From a virus, in IMG/VR virus record IMGVR_UViG_3300020170_000001, positions 60,653 through 124,652 of that record: DNA of 64,000 nt, one strand, 5' to 3'. Positions 18,938 through 28,550 of the stretch are shown here, piece by piece. Under the pieces are notes generated by a model, which ran no database searches, was not told the DNA's origin, and saw nothing but the letters and a program-made list of their open reading frames with translations. A program made the translations under genes and the position numbers. Every line of letters starts with the position of its first letter. The first letter of the stretch is position 1.

Positions 18938-19786
18938 TCAGGTCTTCACCAACTCGACCTGACATCGGCAGTTCGGGTGCCGGGGCGGTGCGAGGAGGTT
19001 CCGCCAGACCGGCCGGTAGTCCTTTTCGGAGACGGTGGCGTTGTGGTCGAACTGCGCGTTGATGCCGACCATCGTGCCGTCCAGCGCCGCGCACATGCCG
19101 CAGGGCGTGATCGAGGTGACGACCCAACGCTTCATTAGCCCGGGGATGCCGATGCGGGACTGGAATTCGCTGTAGATCGCCTGCTGCGCGTCGGTGGCTC
19201 CCTGCTGGACCGCAGTGCCTGCGGCAGCTGCGGCACGGTTGGCCAGCCGAGCCCCAGCCATTGTCACGGCTTGCTTGATGGCCAACAGGCGGGCCGACTG
19301 GGCATCCGGTCCTTGGATGCCGTCGAAGGCGGCGGCGATCGCGTTCTGCAGGTCGGTCTGGGCGTGACCGAACATGGTGTCTACGTCGCGCAGGATCACA
19401 TCGATCGTGTCGCCCAGCTCCGGCAGCACGCTGGGTACGTCGTAGCCCTCGTGCTGCAGGTCGGCGGTGAGCTTGATGAGGGCGACTTGCGCGGCTGCCG
19501 CGTAGCCCGCCTGGATGCTGGCGGCGACACTCTCCCGGGCCGCAGCGAGGTTGTGCGTGATGGCTTGGCTAAGGCTGGCCAGGCTCAGCAGCCCGACACC
19601 GGTGATGACCGAGGCGGGCGCAGTGCTGGCGGTGACCACGGCCACGTCGGCGATGCCCTGCAGCGCGGCCTGGATGTCGTCGTCGACCTCCTGCCGGACG
19701 CGCGTTTCGACGGCGATCAGAGCGAGGCCGAGAGTTGCTCCCGCGATGATCTTGCCGGTGTCACCCTGGTCGGCGGGCTGAGTCAC
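18938..19786 (-). CDS. MuF-like head morphogenesis protein
   Basis: KRW...CGMC..LDG...PPRHPNCRC. Confidence 0.85.
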   Translation of the reverse strand: MTQPADQGDTGKIIAGATLGLALIAVETRVRQEVDDDIQAALQGIADVAVVTASTAPASVITGVGLLSLASLSQAITHNLAAARESVAASIQAGYAAAAQVALIKLTADLQHEGYDVPSVLPELGDTIDVILRDVDTMFGHAQTDLQNAIAAAFDGIQGPDAQSARLLAIKQAVTMAGARLANRAAAAAGTAVQQGATDAQQAIYSEFQSRIGIPGLMKRWVVTSITPCGMCAALDGTMVGINAQFDHNATVSEKDYRPVWRNLLAPPRHPNCRCQVELVKT

Positions 19787-21102
19787 TGCCGACCGAGCCG
19801 GGCGTTGATCAGCGGCAGGTACGTCGGTTCACGCTCGATCGTGACGCAGTTGAACCCTTCCAGCTGGCAGGCGTGGGCGGTGGTACCCGACCCGGCGAAC
19901 GGGTCCAGCACGGTACCGCCAGGCGGTGACACGAGCTTCACCAGCCAGCGCATGAGTTCCAACGGCTTGACGGTGGGGTGCGAGACACCATCGACCGTGA
20001 GGCGTTCCTTGCTACTGGCCTTGGCCTGGTAGCGGAAGGTCGGAAAGAAGCGTGACGCACCGCCCTCGACATCGAACCGCTCAATGAGCCCGTCCTGACC
20101 GCCGTGCCCGGTAATGGAGACACCGCCCGCGCCGCGCTGAGCGCGGCGGTGCCCGGCGCGGCGGATTCCGGAGTCCTCATCCAGGCTGGTGACGGCGCAG
20201 CCGGGGGCGCAGCTGCCGTTGCAGTCCGGAGTGTGGCTGAGGACGACGTTGGCGGGCCAGCGGCCTTGCGTGTGTTCTTGCGTCCTCGTGACGCCGTTGG
20301 TGTACGGACGGTCCCAGCCGCCGGTCTCGTCAACTTGGTGTGCAGCCCGGCCCCCTCTGCCGCCGACGGCGCTACCGGGGTTCGCGCGGCAGGCATCGAT
20401 GTTGAGCGCGCCGGTGCCGTGGGTCAGCACGTTGCTGGCGACGGTCCCGGTCAGCGGCTTGCGGGCGACCACGATGGGCTCCGAGGCGGGTTTGAGGGCC
20501 GTCCCCCACCCGGCCCACAGGGCGGCATCCTCGGTGGCAGGTGCGGTCAAAGGCAGCGCACTTGCGGTGCCGAGCGGACCAGACATTGATCCGGAGACAG
20601 ATGATCCGCCGCCGTGTCGATGGTGCACCCCAATAACCGGGCGTACGACCCCGGCGGCTTTGTCGATGGCCTTGGACACGTCCATGGATTTGGGGAAGCC
20701 GGATCCGTAGAGCCAGGTGATGGAGTCGCGGATCTCGAAGCCGGCGTCCTCGATGCCACAGGCCAGTCGGTGGTGGGTGCGGGTGCCGCCGAACGCGAGC
20801 AGGTGCCCGCCGGGTTTGAGCACGCGCAGGCAGGCGGCAGCCCATTGCTGGGTCCATTGCTGGTACAGGCTTCCGGCCGGGTATTCCGGCGAGGACCGGG
20901 AGGTCCGGCCGTACACCGAGTCACGGCCCACCTCAGCGGGGTTCAGCGAGCGCCGGAACCCGTCGGCCCCGTCCCAGTCCTTGCCCATGAATTCCAGGCC
21001 GTAGGGCGGGTCGGTAACGATGGCGTCGATCGAGCAGGCGTCGAGTGCGGTGAGTTCCTCGATCGCGTCGCCGGAGATGACCTGGATGTCGGGCATCGTC
21101 AC
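19783..21102 (-). CDS. N6-adenine/N4-cytosine DNA methyltransferase (beta class)
   Basis: VTDPPY motif IV precedes HPTVKP and LDPFAGSGTT motif I. Confidence 0.92.
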   Translation of the reverse strand: MTMPDIQVISGDAIEELTALDACSIDAIVTDPPYGLEFMGKDWDGADGFRRSLNPAEVGRDSVYGRTSRSSPEYPAGSLYQQWTQQWAAACLRVLKPGGHLLAFGGTRTHHRLACGIEDAGFEIRDSITWLYGSGFPKSMDVSKAIDKAAGVVRPVIGVHHRHGGGSSVSGSMSGPLGTASALPLTAPATEDAALWAGWGTALKPASEPIVVARKPLTGTVASNVLTHGTGALNIDACRANPGSAVGGRGGRAAHQVDETGGWDRPYTNGVTRTQEHTQGRWPANVVLSHTPDCNGSCAPGCAVTSLDEDSGIRRAGHRRAQRGAGGVSITGHGGQDGLIERFDVEGGASRFFPTFRYQAKASSKERLTVDGVSHPTVKPLELMRWLVKLVSPPGGTVLDPFAGSGTTAHACQLEGFNCVTIEREPTYLPLINARLGRQ

Positions 21103-23216
21103 GAGGCCGATTTCGGCTTCGGTGCCTTTTCGGCGGGGTCGGTCTTGGGGGTGAGGGTCTTGTCGACCTTCCAGCCGTACTTAGCGAAGACACCGATGTC
21201 GAAGACCTGGCGGGGTGTCATCTTGCCGGTCGCGTCGCGGATGGCGACGGTGCCGTCGCCGTAGTCGATCAGCTGCGCGCCGGGCTCCTTGGGGTTGGTG
21301 AGAATCTGCTGCGGCCGGGCCGGCTCCCCGGGTCCCGGGCCGGGGTTCACGCCACCGGTGTCCGCCGTGGCCCCCTTCCCGCCGCCAAGGGTCTGGCTCT
21401 TGACGTTGCTGGTGTCGCCCTTCCCGCCGCCCTGGACGTCGCCGTTGCCGTCTTTGCCGGGCGCGTGCCGTACCGTCGGGTCGGGATTGTGCGAATGGTC
21501 GCGGCCGTACTTCTCGCCCTTCTGGCCGTGCTTAGCCAGCTTCTTGTCCATGTCCCGGGTGATCGGGGAACCGACGGGCACGCCGTAGGTGCGAGCCCCC
21601 TCGACGCTGCGGACGAATTTCGGGCCGCCGGAGTTGGGCCGGCCCCGGGTCAGCGACGCGACCGCGTCGTCGAGCAGCGCGGCGGCCAATTCGGTCACGG
21701 TGAGACCGACCTCGGCGTTGCTGAGGGTGAACCCGCTGGGGACGCTCGCCGGGCTGATCTGCGCGCCGTGTGGCGGGAGCGTGGCGGGGGGCCCGCCGAC
21801 CGCGGGAGCGGCGACATCGGGCGCGTTCGGCGCGCCAGCGTCGGCGTTCATCTGTTGCTGCTGGGCCAGCAACTCGGCCTGGGCCTGCTCCTCCTGCTCG
21901 CGCTGGGCGACGGCTTCCCAGTCCACTTCGAGACCGAATTCGTCGGCGACCTGCTTTTCGATCTGCCGGAACATCTCCGGGGCCATCCCGGTGGCGTCGG
22001 GCGAGACGACCGCGACGGCCTTATACAGGTCCAGCAGCGCCGACTTCTGCTCGTCGGTCATCGTGCCGAACCGGAATAGCGGATACTTGCCGCTGCCGAA
22101 GTTCCAGTCGATGAACCTCGGGATGATCTTGGTGTTGACGACCTCTTCGATCTCACCCATGATCGTCTGCAGCATGAGCAGGAACAGCGCGTCGGACTGC
22201 CGTCCGAAGTCGACGAGACTCGCGTCGCCGCCGGTGCCCTGGCTGTCGTCGAAGAACGCAGCCAAAACGCTCTTGGACATCTGGGAATTGTGGTGGTTGA
22301 TGTAGGCCAGGAAGTCGAAGCCGGTCGACTCGCGCAGCGACTCCACCTTGTACGTCTCAGGGATCGTCATCCACTGCGCGATACCAAGATCCGACAGGGA
22401 GCGCTGGAACTCCAGCTTTTCCTCGCGCGACGGGTTCTGCGGCATGGTGCCGACCCGGGTGCCGACCGCGGCACGCTGCGCGGCGATATGCGCCACGACA
22501 TACAGCTTGAACTTGGCTTCCCAGTGCTTGTAGGCGGCGTTGAAGTAGCTGATTCCGTAGAACGGCCGCTCTTCCTCGTTCGCCGCGTAGTAGACAACGT
22601 CGGCCGCCGGGATGATCACATCGACTTGCCGGTCGTGATACATGGTCCGCTGCCGGAGGCCGAACAACTCGCTCCTGTCGTCCAGCAGGAACGTGATCTG
22701 CTCGCTCGGCCGCTGCGCAAGCTTCTTGAGCGTCCATTTGCCCTTGAGCGGACCCTGGGTGGGCTGCCAGTAGACCATCTCGAAGGCTTCGAACCCGTCG
22801 AAGATGGCCATGAGCATCTGCGCCATGACCCGCCCGAACGGCACGACCATCCCGCCGCCGGTCACGGGCATCTGAAACATCTGCTGGATGAACAGCGCCT
22901 CGTCCTCGCCGCCGTCGACGCCTTCCTCCGGGACGAAGGTGGCGGTCTTCAGCGCGGCCCGGATCGGCAGGGTGATCAGCCGGTACAGCGCTCGGGCCTG
23001 CCCGTCGGTGCGCCGCATCGCGATGAGCTCGCGAACGGTGACGTCCTCGGTGCGCAGCGCCTCCCAGACGCTCTTGTACGCGGTCTGCCAGGGCAGGAAC
23101 GCCGAGACGCCGACTTCGATGTCGGCCTGCGGCTTCGGCTGGACTCCGGAGATCGACGACTTACGCCTGTTGCCCCCATCGTCACCGGCGACAGCGGTCC
23201 TGGTTGACGTCGTCAT
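21099..23216 (-). CDS. Portal protein (Mu gp29/DUF935-like) with long C-terminal extension
   Basis: Follows the terminase; AIFDGFEAFEMVY, INHHNSQMSKSVLA and IIPRFIDWNFG. Confidence 0.82.
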   Translation of the reverse strand: MTTSTRTAVAGDDGGNRRKSSISGVQPKPQADIEVGVSAFLPWQTAYKSVWEALRTEDVTVRELIAMRRTDGQARALYRLITLPIRAALKTATFVPEEGVDGGEDEALFIQQMFQMPVTGGGMVVPFGRVMAQMLMAIFDGFEAFEMVYWQPTQGPLKGKWTLKKLAQRPSEQITFLLDDRSELFGLRQRTMYHDRQVDVIIPAADVVYYAANEEERPFYGISYFNAAYKHWEAKFKLYVVAHIAAQRAAVGTRVGTMPQNPSREEKLEFQRSLSDLGIAQWMTIPETYKVESLRESTGFDFLAYINHHNSQMSKSVLAAFFDDSQGTGGDASLVDFGRQSDALFLLMLQTIMGEIEEVVNTKIIPRFIDWNFGSGKYPLFRFGTMTDEQKSALLDLYKAVAVVSPDATGMAPEMFRQIEKQVADEFGLEVDWEAVAQREQEEQAQAELLAQQQQMNADAGAPNAPDVAAPAVGGPPATLPPHGAQISPASVPSGFTLSNAEVGLTVTELAAALLDDAVASLTRGRPNSGGPKFVRSVEGARTYGVPVGSPITRDMDKKLAKHGQKGEKYGRDHSHNPDPTVRHAPGKDGNGDVQGGGKGDTSNVKSQTLGGGKGATADTGGVNPGPGPGEPARPQQILTNPKEPGAQLIDYGDGTVAIRDATGKMTPRQVFDIGVFAKYGWKVDKTLTPKTDPAEKAPKPKSAS

Positions 23217-23223
23217 AGCTGTT

Positions 23224-26200
23224 CTATCGGAATTCGCCTACGGGGACGTAAAGACTATTCGTCCAAACCCGACGAACGTTCGCAACTCCGAATGGCAATT
23301 CGGCGGCCGGCCCGGTGCTGAAGGTGTCGGGCTCGTAATAGCGGCGCTCGCCGGAGCCTTCCTCCCGACCGCCGAGCCGAACCGAGGTCATGGCGACGCA
23401 GGCGAGAGCGTCTGCCAGGTCCTTGCTGCCATCCGCCGGGTGGTCAACCCGTCCGTTCGGCAGCCGCGAGAGCGCCAGCAGTTCCTCGCGGAGCAGGAAC
23501 GGGGCAGCTTTTGCTTCCAGTTCCGGCACCGAGAGCCGAGGGATCTCGATACGACCTTCGTAAATCAAATCGCGAAGGTTGCGCCAGGGCTCTTCCGACA
23601 TGTCCGTGGAGATCTTCTCGCAGCCGATCCCCCGGGATTCAAGGATCTGCATGCTGTCTTGGCTCTGAAAACTGTCGAACGTGAACAGCCGGATGTTGAA
23701 CCCACGGCGGATCAGCTCGAAGCACAGCTGCCGCGCCCAGCGGATCTGAATCTCACGAGGAGGTTCGGCCGAGGAATCCGCAGAGTAGGAGATGACGAAG
23801 TCGACCTTGACCTTGGGTCGGACTTCCCGCACGACATACGGTGCGCCGTCCTCGTCTTCCGTGACGGTCTCGTGCTCGGCGTAGTCGATGACGTGCGCCA
23901 TGGCCAGCCCGGCCCGGTCCCCGCTGACCGCGAGGTCGGCGTGCATGGTGTAGATGGCACCGCGGACGGGGAACAGGGTGTCGGCGAAGGTGTAGTACGG
24001 CGTCCACACTCGCCGCTGCGTGCGCTCGCTTTTCTCCATGGTGTAGCCGACGCTCAACGGCTCACTTTTGAGCATCACGAATGCGGAGTCGACGGCTTGG
24101 ACGTTGCGGAAGTAGGGGTTGATGGCGCGGGCGGGCCGACACTCGTACTTGGCCCGGGCCATGATGGGATCTTCGCGGTAATCCTCGGCGAAGGCCTCCC
24201 GGCCGGGAACGCGCGGGTTGACCTCCCAGGTCGCCATCGGACCGGAGACGTAGTGTCGCGACAGTTGACCGCGCTCGTTGAAGTCTTCCCGGGCCGCGTC
24301 GGTCAGTTGCTGGATCGTCGAGCCCAGGTAGCGGGGGTACGAGATGCGGACGTTCTTGAAGACTTCCGGGAACCTCGTGCTTGACGACGTCCGCATCATG
24401 TTGAGGATGCCCTCGGCGGACTTCGTGGGCTCGCGCGCCGACGAGCCCTTGCGGAATTGCATCTCCTTCTTGGACTTGAAGGCGTCGATCTCGTCGGCGA
24501 TGGCAAGTAGGAGGTTGAGGCCTTCCTGGGTCTCGGCGTCAGAGTGCCCGGAGACCGACTCGATGTTCTTCTTGTAACTGACCGTGTTGAGCCGCGGCGT
24601 GCACTTGTCGGCGAACCAGCCCTTTTTCGCGGCCCGGACGATGGGCATGAAGAATGCCTGCTGCGCCTGCGCAGAACTGGAAGCGACGTTGAGCAGATGG
24701 ATGGTGTCCTGTTCGGGCATGCCGTAATAGATCTGCGGCGATTGCAGGCACAGCAGCAGGTAGGCGATACGCATCGACGCTACTCGACAGATGTGATCTT
24801 TTCCGGAGTTGGAATTGATAAACGCCGATGTCCCGGCCGCATACGTGCCGGCTCCTGGAACATGAACGTCCCAGTAGTCCTGGTCGCCCAGTGGTTCAAT
24901 GCTGACCACCTGGTCCCAATAGACATCGCCGGCCATAACTTGCTGACGGCGCAGCGGAACGTGCTCCAGCATCTCAACACGGCGGCGCTCTTTCTCACCG
25001 TGCAACGTGAGCACCGCAAGCAGCCGCTTCAGATGTTGATCGGCCTGAACCTCCACGCGCCAGGCCCTACGCCCCTCTCGACGCTCACCCTTGTAGACAT
25101 AGGAGGACACCTTGCTCGTCAGTCGGGCAACGACCCCAAATCGCAAAAGGAGGCGCTGAATATCGCGAGCGAGATCCTCTGAAACAGTGCAGTATTCTGC
25201 CCGCGGCTGGCCCTTCGACGAGGAGTACAACGATCCGTCGGTGTCCCAGAGCCCAGAGATAAAGGTCGCTAGTTGATCATTCGGCAAGGAGAAGAACTCG
25301 GGCGGCACCCGCTTATCCCAGGCGCGACTGCCGTAGAGGCCGTACTTGCGGATAATGTCGAGCAGCGGCGTCTTCGACTTCCTGCCGCGGCCGGGTTGCG
25401 TCGCGCGGATACGCATGGTCCCGGACTGCATCGTCTCGCACTTGGCAATGATGTCTTCGTAGGACTCGACCAGCTCGATGTACCGGTTGCGCAGGTCATC
25501 GGCGACTGGCTTTGAGTCGATGTAGAACGCCCACTGCGGCGAGCCCTCGACCGGCATGGAACCGTCGCCGATCCAGTAGCCCACGAGTTCGACTTCACGC
25601 GGATCCTGCGGGACTGGTTCAAGGCAGTCGAGCTTCGACATCACCGCGAGACGGTCACCGACTTGGAGCTCGCCGGCTTGCTTCCAGACTGGCTTTGCCA
25701 GATCGTAGCGGTCTTTGTAGGGCAGGTTGTGGGTCTCCCAGGAAACGAACAGGTGCCCGACATAAACGTCGATGTGCGCGCCGGTTGCGGTTGTGACTCG
25801 AACACACTGCCCCCGGCCACGCTTGAATGGGGCACCGTCGGTTTGCGCCGAGACTCGGTTTTCACCTCGCACCAAAGCAGGCTCGCCGGGCAGGTGTTCC
25901 GTGGTCCCGCTCGCGTTGACCGCGTCGATGCCCTGAACCGTCAGGGACTCACCGACCCCGCCCACTTGACGCCACTGACCGGACCGGACATCATAGATCG
26001 GTACATCGACACATATGCATCCCTTACCCCACTGGAGGGTCGCGAAGTTGACCATCCGTAGGGGCTGTGACCAGTACTTTTCCTCGCGCCAGACCGCGGA
26101 GGCGGAGGCGATGTGGAGCCTTCCTTCGCGTTTCCCGGTCTCGAATTCGGTGGCGAGCAGGGGGTAGGTGGGCTGGTAGTAGATCCGCTCGATGTGGCGC

Positions 26201-26385
26201 ACGGCGTCGTATTGGACTTGTGACAGCGGCGGGTTGCCGAGGAATTTCTTGTCTTGCACGAAGACGGTTAGCGGGACGGGTTCTTCGTCGAAGATGGTGT
26301 CGATGCCGTGCGGGTCGTCGGCTTTGATTTCGCTGGCGGCTTTGCGCAGTTCGGCGGAGAAGTCCCAGGGCTCGTTCTTCGCCAC
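23224..26385 (-). CDS. terL: Terminase large subunit, intein-containing
   Basis: GTG start overlaps the upstream TAG; spliced Walker A WGKG/SGKD, Walker B IADEID, nuclease motifs HADLAVSGD and SKDLADA. Confidence 0.88.
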   Translation of the reverse strand: MAKNEPWDFSAELRKAASEIKADDPHGIDTIFDEEPVPLTVFVQDKKFLGNPPLSQVQYDAVRHIERIYYQPTYPLLATEFETGKREGRLHIASASAVWREEKYWSQPLRMVNFATLQWGKGCICVDVPIYDVRSGQWRQVGGVGESLTVQGIDAVNASGTTEHLPGEPALVRGENRVSAQTDGAPFKRGRGQCVRVTTATGAHIDVYVGHLFVSWETHNLPYKDRYDLAKPVWKQAGELQVGDRLAVMSKLDCLEPVPQDPREVELVGYWIGDGSMPVEGSPQWAFYIDSKPVADDLRNRYIELVESYEDIIAKCETMQSGTMRIRATQPGRGRKSKTPLLDIIRKYGLYGSRAWDKRVPPEFFSLPNDQLATFISGLWDTDGSLYSSSKGQPRAEYCTVSEDLARDIQRLLLRFGVVARLTSKVSSYVYKGERREGRRAWRVEVQADQHLKRLLAVLTLHGEKERRRVEMLEHVPLRRQQVMAGDVYWDQVVSIEPLGDQDYWDVHVPGAGTYAAGTSAFINSNSGKDHICRVASMRIAYLLLCLQSPQIYYGMPEQDTIHLLNVASSSAQAQQAFFMPIVRAAKKGWFADKCTPRLNTVSYKKNIESVSGHSDAETQEGLNLLLAIADEIDAFKSKKEMQFRKGSSAREPTKSAEGILNMMRTSSSTRFPEVFKNVRISYPRYLGSTIQQLTDAAREDFNERGQLSRHYVSGPMATWEVNPRVPGREAFAEDYREDPIMARAKYECRPARAINPYFRNVQAVDSAFVMLKSEPLSVGYTMEKSERTQRRVWTPYYTFADTLFPVRGAIYTMHADLAVSGDRAGLAMAHVIDYAEHETVTEDEDGAPYVVREVRPKVKVDFVISYSADSSAEPPREIQIRWARQLCFELIRRGFNIRLFTFDSFQSQDSMQILESRGIGCEKISTDMSEEPWRNLRDLIYEGRIEIPRLSVPELEAKAAPFLLREELLALSRLPNGRVDHPADGSKDLADALACVAMTSVRLGGREEGSGERRYYEPDTFSTGPAAELPFGVANVRRVWTNSLYVPVGEFR
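24808..26019 (-). mobile_element. Intein with LAGLIDADG homing endonuclease (404 aa)
   Basis: Starts CICVD, ends FINSN followed by +1 Ser; LVGYWIGDGS and FISGLWDTDGS motifs; inserted in the Walker A motif. Confidence 0.9.
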
Positions 26386-26885
26386 TAGATGCCTACGATG
26401 ACGGCTTGCTGCGCGGTGAAGGTGCCGGTCGAGCAGGTGGCCGAGAGGGTGATAAACCAGCCGTTGGTGGTGTTGACGGTGGGCGTGGTGACGGCGGCCA
26501 CGAGGGTGGGCAGCAGCGCCGCCTGGGCGAAGCCAAAGGCTTCGCATTGGACGGTGCCGGAGCTGCCGCTGGCGCGGACGGTCAACAGGCCGTCGAAGCC
26601 GGCGCGTTGGTTGGCGACTTGGGCGGCGCTGGTGATCGATTGCCAGATCTGGGTGTCGGCGGTGGTGCCGTTCGCTCCGGCGTGCGCGTGGAAGATCAGG
26701 GTGCCGGTGCTGCTGCTGGTTCCGATGAGGCTGACTCGAAACGCTTGGCCGGTGATGGCGAAGTTCGCGGGCACGGCCACCGAGAGCAGGGCCGTGTTGC
26801 CGGTGCCGACGGTGGCGGCGGTGGCGGCGAGGTTGCTGTTGACCACTTCGCTGGCGGGTGGGCCGGATCCATCGAACAGGGGCAT
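26385..26885 (-). CDS. Virion structural-like protein (166 aa)
   Basis: MPLFDGSG start at a TGATG overlap; Ala/Thr-rich beta-type composition. Confidence 0.7.
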   Translation of the reverse strand: MPLFDGSGPPASEVVNSNLAATAATVGTGNTALLSVAVPANFAITGQAFRVSLIGTSSSTGTLIFHAHAGANGTTADTQIWQSITSAAQVANQRAGFDGLLTVRASGSSGTVQCEAFGFAQAALLPTLVAAVTTPTVNTTNGWFITLSATCSTGTFTAQQAVIVGI

Positions 26886-28186
26886 CAGGGGGCCACCACT
26901 TCGGTGATGCGGGCCGCTCCGTTGGCTGACGCCCAGATGCCGCGGAGGGCACCGGTGTAGCCGAACGGCACCTCGTAGTAGCCGGCTGCGTTGAGCTTGA
27001 CGGTGTAGGCGGTATTGGATGCCGCGTTGGTGCCCAGAGACAGGTAGAGCACGGAAGTGGAGTCGTTGGCGACGGTGGCCCCACGCCGGTTGGCGTTGGC
27101 GGCCAGCAGCAGCGTGTCGGCGGCGGCGGATGCGACGGTGGCTGGCCCGTTCCCGGTGACGCTGCCGGACTGACTCGTGACGCTGAGGGCCCCGGCGGCG
27201 TCGATGCGGGACTTGCGCCAGGGGTAGGTGCCGTCGGACAGTTGCGTGGAGAGCCGGGAGATATCGAGCACGCTCATGCCGGAGACGGTGAAGACGCCGG
27301 TTCCGGTGACCGTGGCGCTGTTGAGTCGGTGCATCCGGAACGGCAGCATCTGGGTCACCTCGGCGGTGAAACAGGTGGCGACCGCGTTTTCGATGTCGTC
27401 GATGTAGAAGAAGACGACGTTTCCGCGGGCCTGCATGAAGTACAGGTGTGGCAGACCGTCGGCTGGCATGGTCAGCACGGTGGTGAAGACGCGCGTTCCG
27501 GTGTTGTAGACGCTGGCCCGTAGCGTCCCGCCGCCGTCGACCTCGAAGCCGACAGCGTCGGTGAGCGGGGCCGCGTAGGTGCCGACGTTGGCGGGCGCGG
27601 TGCCGAGACCCCAGAACCGGTGGGTGCCGGTTGCGACCGGCGTGGCCTCGAAGGTGATCATCCCGCCGAGGGCGATGGAGGTGTTGATCGGGATGATCGG
27701 CTGGCTGGCGACGGCGACGGTCGCGTTGGCGGTCGACGCCGGGTTGAGGCTGACGCTGCCCTGAGCCTGGGCGGCGGCGACGCTGCCGTAGGTGTTCCAC
27801 CGGTTGACGGTGTCGAAGGTGCCGCCGTCGAAGATGTCGGTGAAGGCGATGGTCGGGTCGAGAACGACCTGTGCTGCGCCGAAGGCGTCGGTGGCGCTGA
27901 GTGCGACTTTGAGTTCGCCGAGGGCGGTGACGTCGGCGGTGTTGCCGGATACGCCCTTGAGGGCGTTGACAACGACCGGATTAATCGTCAGCGGGGAACT
28001 GCTGAGCGCGACCTTGAGTTCGCCGATCGCCGTAACGTCGACGGTGTTGCCTGATGGTCCTTTGAGCGCATTGACGGTGATCGGGTTGACGGTCAATGCG
28101 GAGTTGTTGACGGAGACTTTCAGTTCACCGGCTGACGTGACCGCCGCTGTGTCGACCGAGTTCCCGCTCTTGATCACAATGGACAT
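26885..28186 (-). CDS. Virion structural/fibre-like protein with three N-terminal repeats
   Basis: SGN(S/T)xD...VTxxGELKV occurs three times. Confidence 0.7.
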   Translation of the reverse strand: MSIVIKSGNSVDTAAVTSAGELKVSVNNSALTVNPITVNALKGPSGNTVDVTAIGELKVALSSSPLTINPVVVNALKGVSGNTADVTALGELKVALSATDAFGAAQVVLDPTIAFTDIFDGGTFDTVNRWNTYGSVAAAQAQGSVSLNPASTANATVAVASQPIIPINTSIALGGMITFEATPVATGTHRFWGLGTAPANVGTYAAPLTDAVGFEVDGGGTLRASVYNTGTRVFTTVLTMPADGLPHLYFMQARGNVVFFYIDDIENAVATCFTAEVTQMLPFRMHRLNSATVTGTGVFTVSGMSVLDISRLSTQLSDGTYPWRKSRIDAAGALSVTSQSGSVTGNGPATVASAAADTLLLAANANRRGATVANDSTSVLYLSLGTNAASNTAYTVKLNAAGYYEVPFGYTGALRGIWASANGAARITEVVAP

Positions 28187-28199
28187 GCAGGTGTTGCTC

Positions 28200-28550
28200 C
28201 TATCCCATCGCGTTGATCAGGTAGCGGCCCCACGTGTCGTGGGGTGCGTAGGCGACGATGTCGAAGCCGACGCCGGGCACCAGATTCGTCGAATACGCGG
28301 TGATCCCCTCGATAGCGGCATCGAGTGGATCGTGGTCGGCTGTCGGTGTGCCGGCAATCGAGCAGACAATCGTCGAGTTCGCGCTGACCCAGGACGCGGC
28401 GACGGTGACAGTGGCGATGTCACTCTCCCCGCCGTTCGCATGCCCGAAGTCGACGGTGGCCTGCGCCTTTCGGACGAGACCACCGTCGTCTTCTAATACG
28501 ACCTTCTTGCCGTTGAATTGCGGCCAGGACGCGAATCGACGGAACGACAT
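28200..28550 (-). CDS. Hypothetical virion-cluster protein
   Basis: 116 aa, overlapping operon gene. Confidence 0.65.
   Translation of the reverse strand: MSFRRFASWPQFNGKKVVLEDDGGLVRKAQATVDFGHANGGESDIATVTVAASWVSANSTIVCSIAGTPTADHDPLDAAIEGITAYSTNLVPGVGFDIVAYAPHDTWGRYLINAMG

Noticed and set aside
19783-21102. Restriction-modification system
   Set aside because: It is an orphan methyltransferase with no adjacent endonuclease, an ordinary phage feature.
26385-27084. N-terminal 230-aa extension of the terminase ORF in the supplied track
   Set aside because: It overlaps two real upstream genes in other frames. The true start is probably the GTG at 26385.
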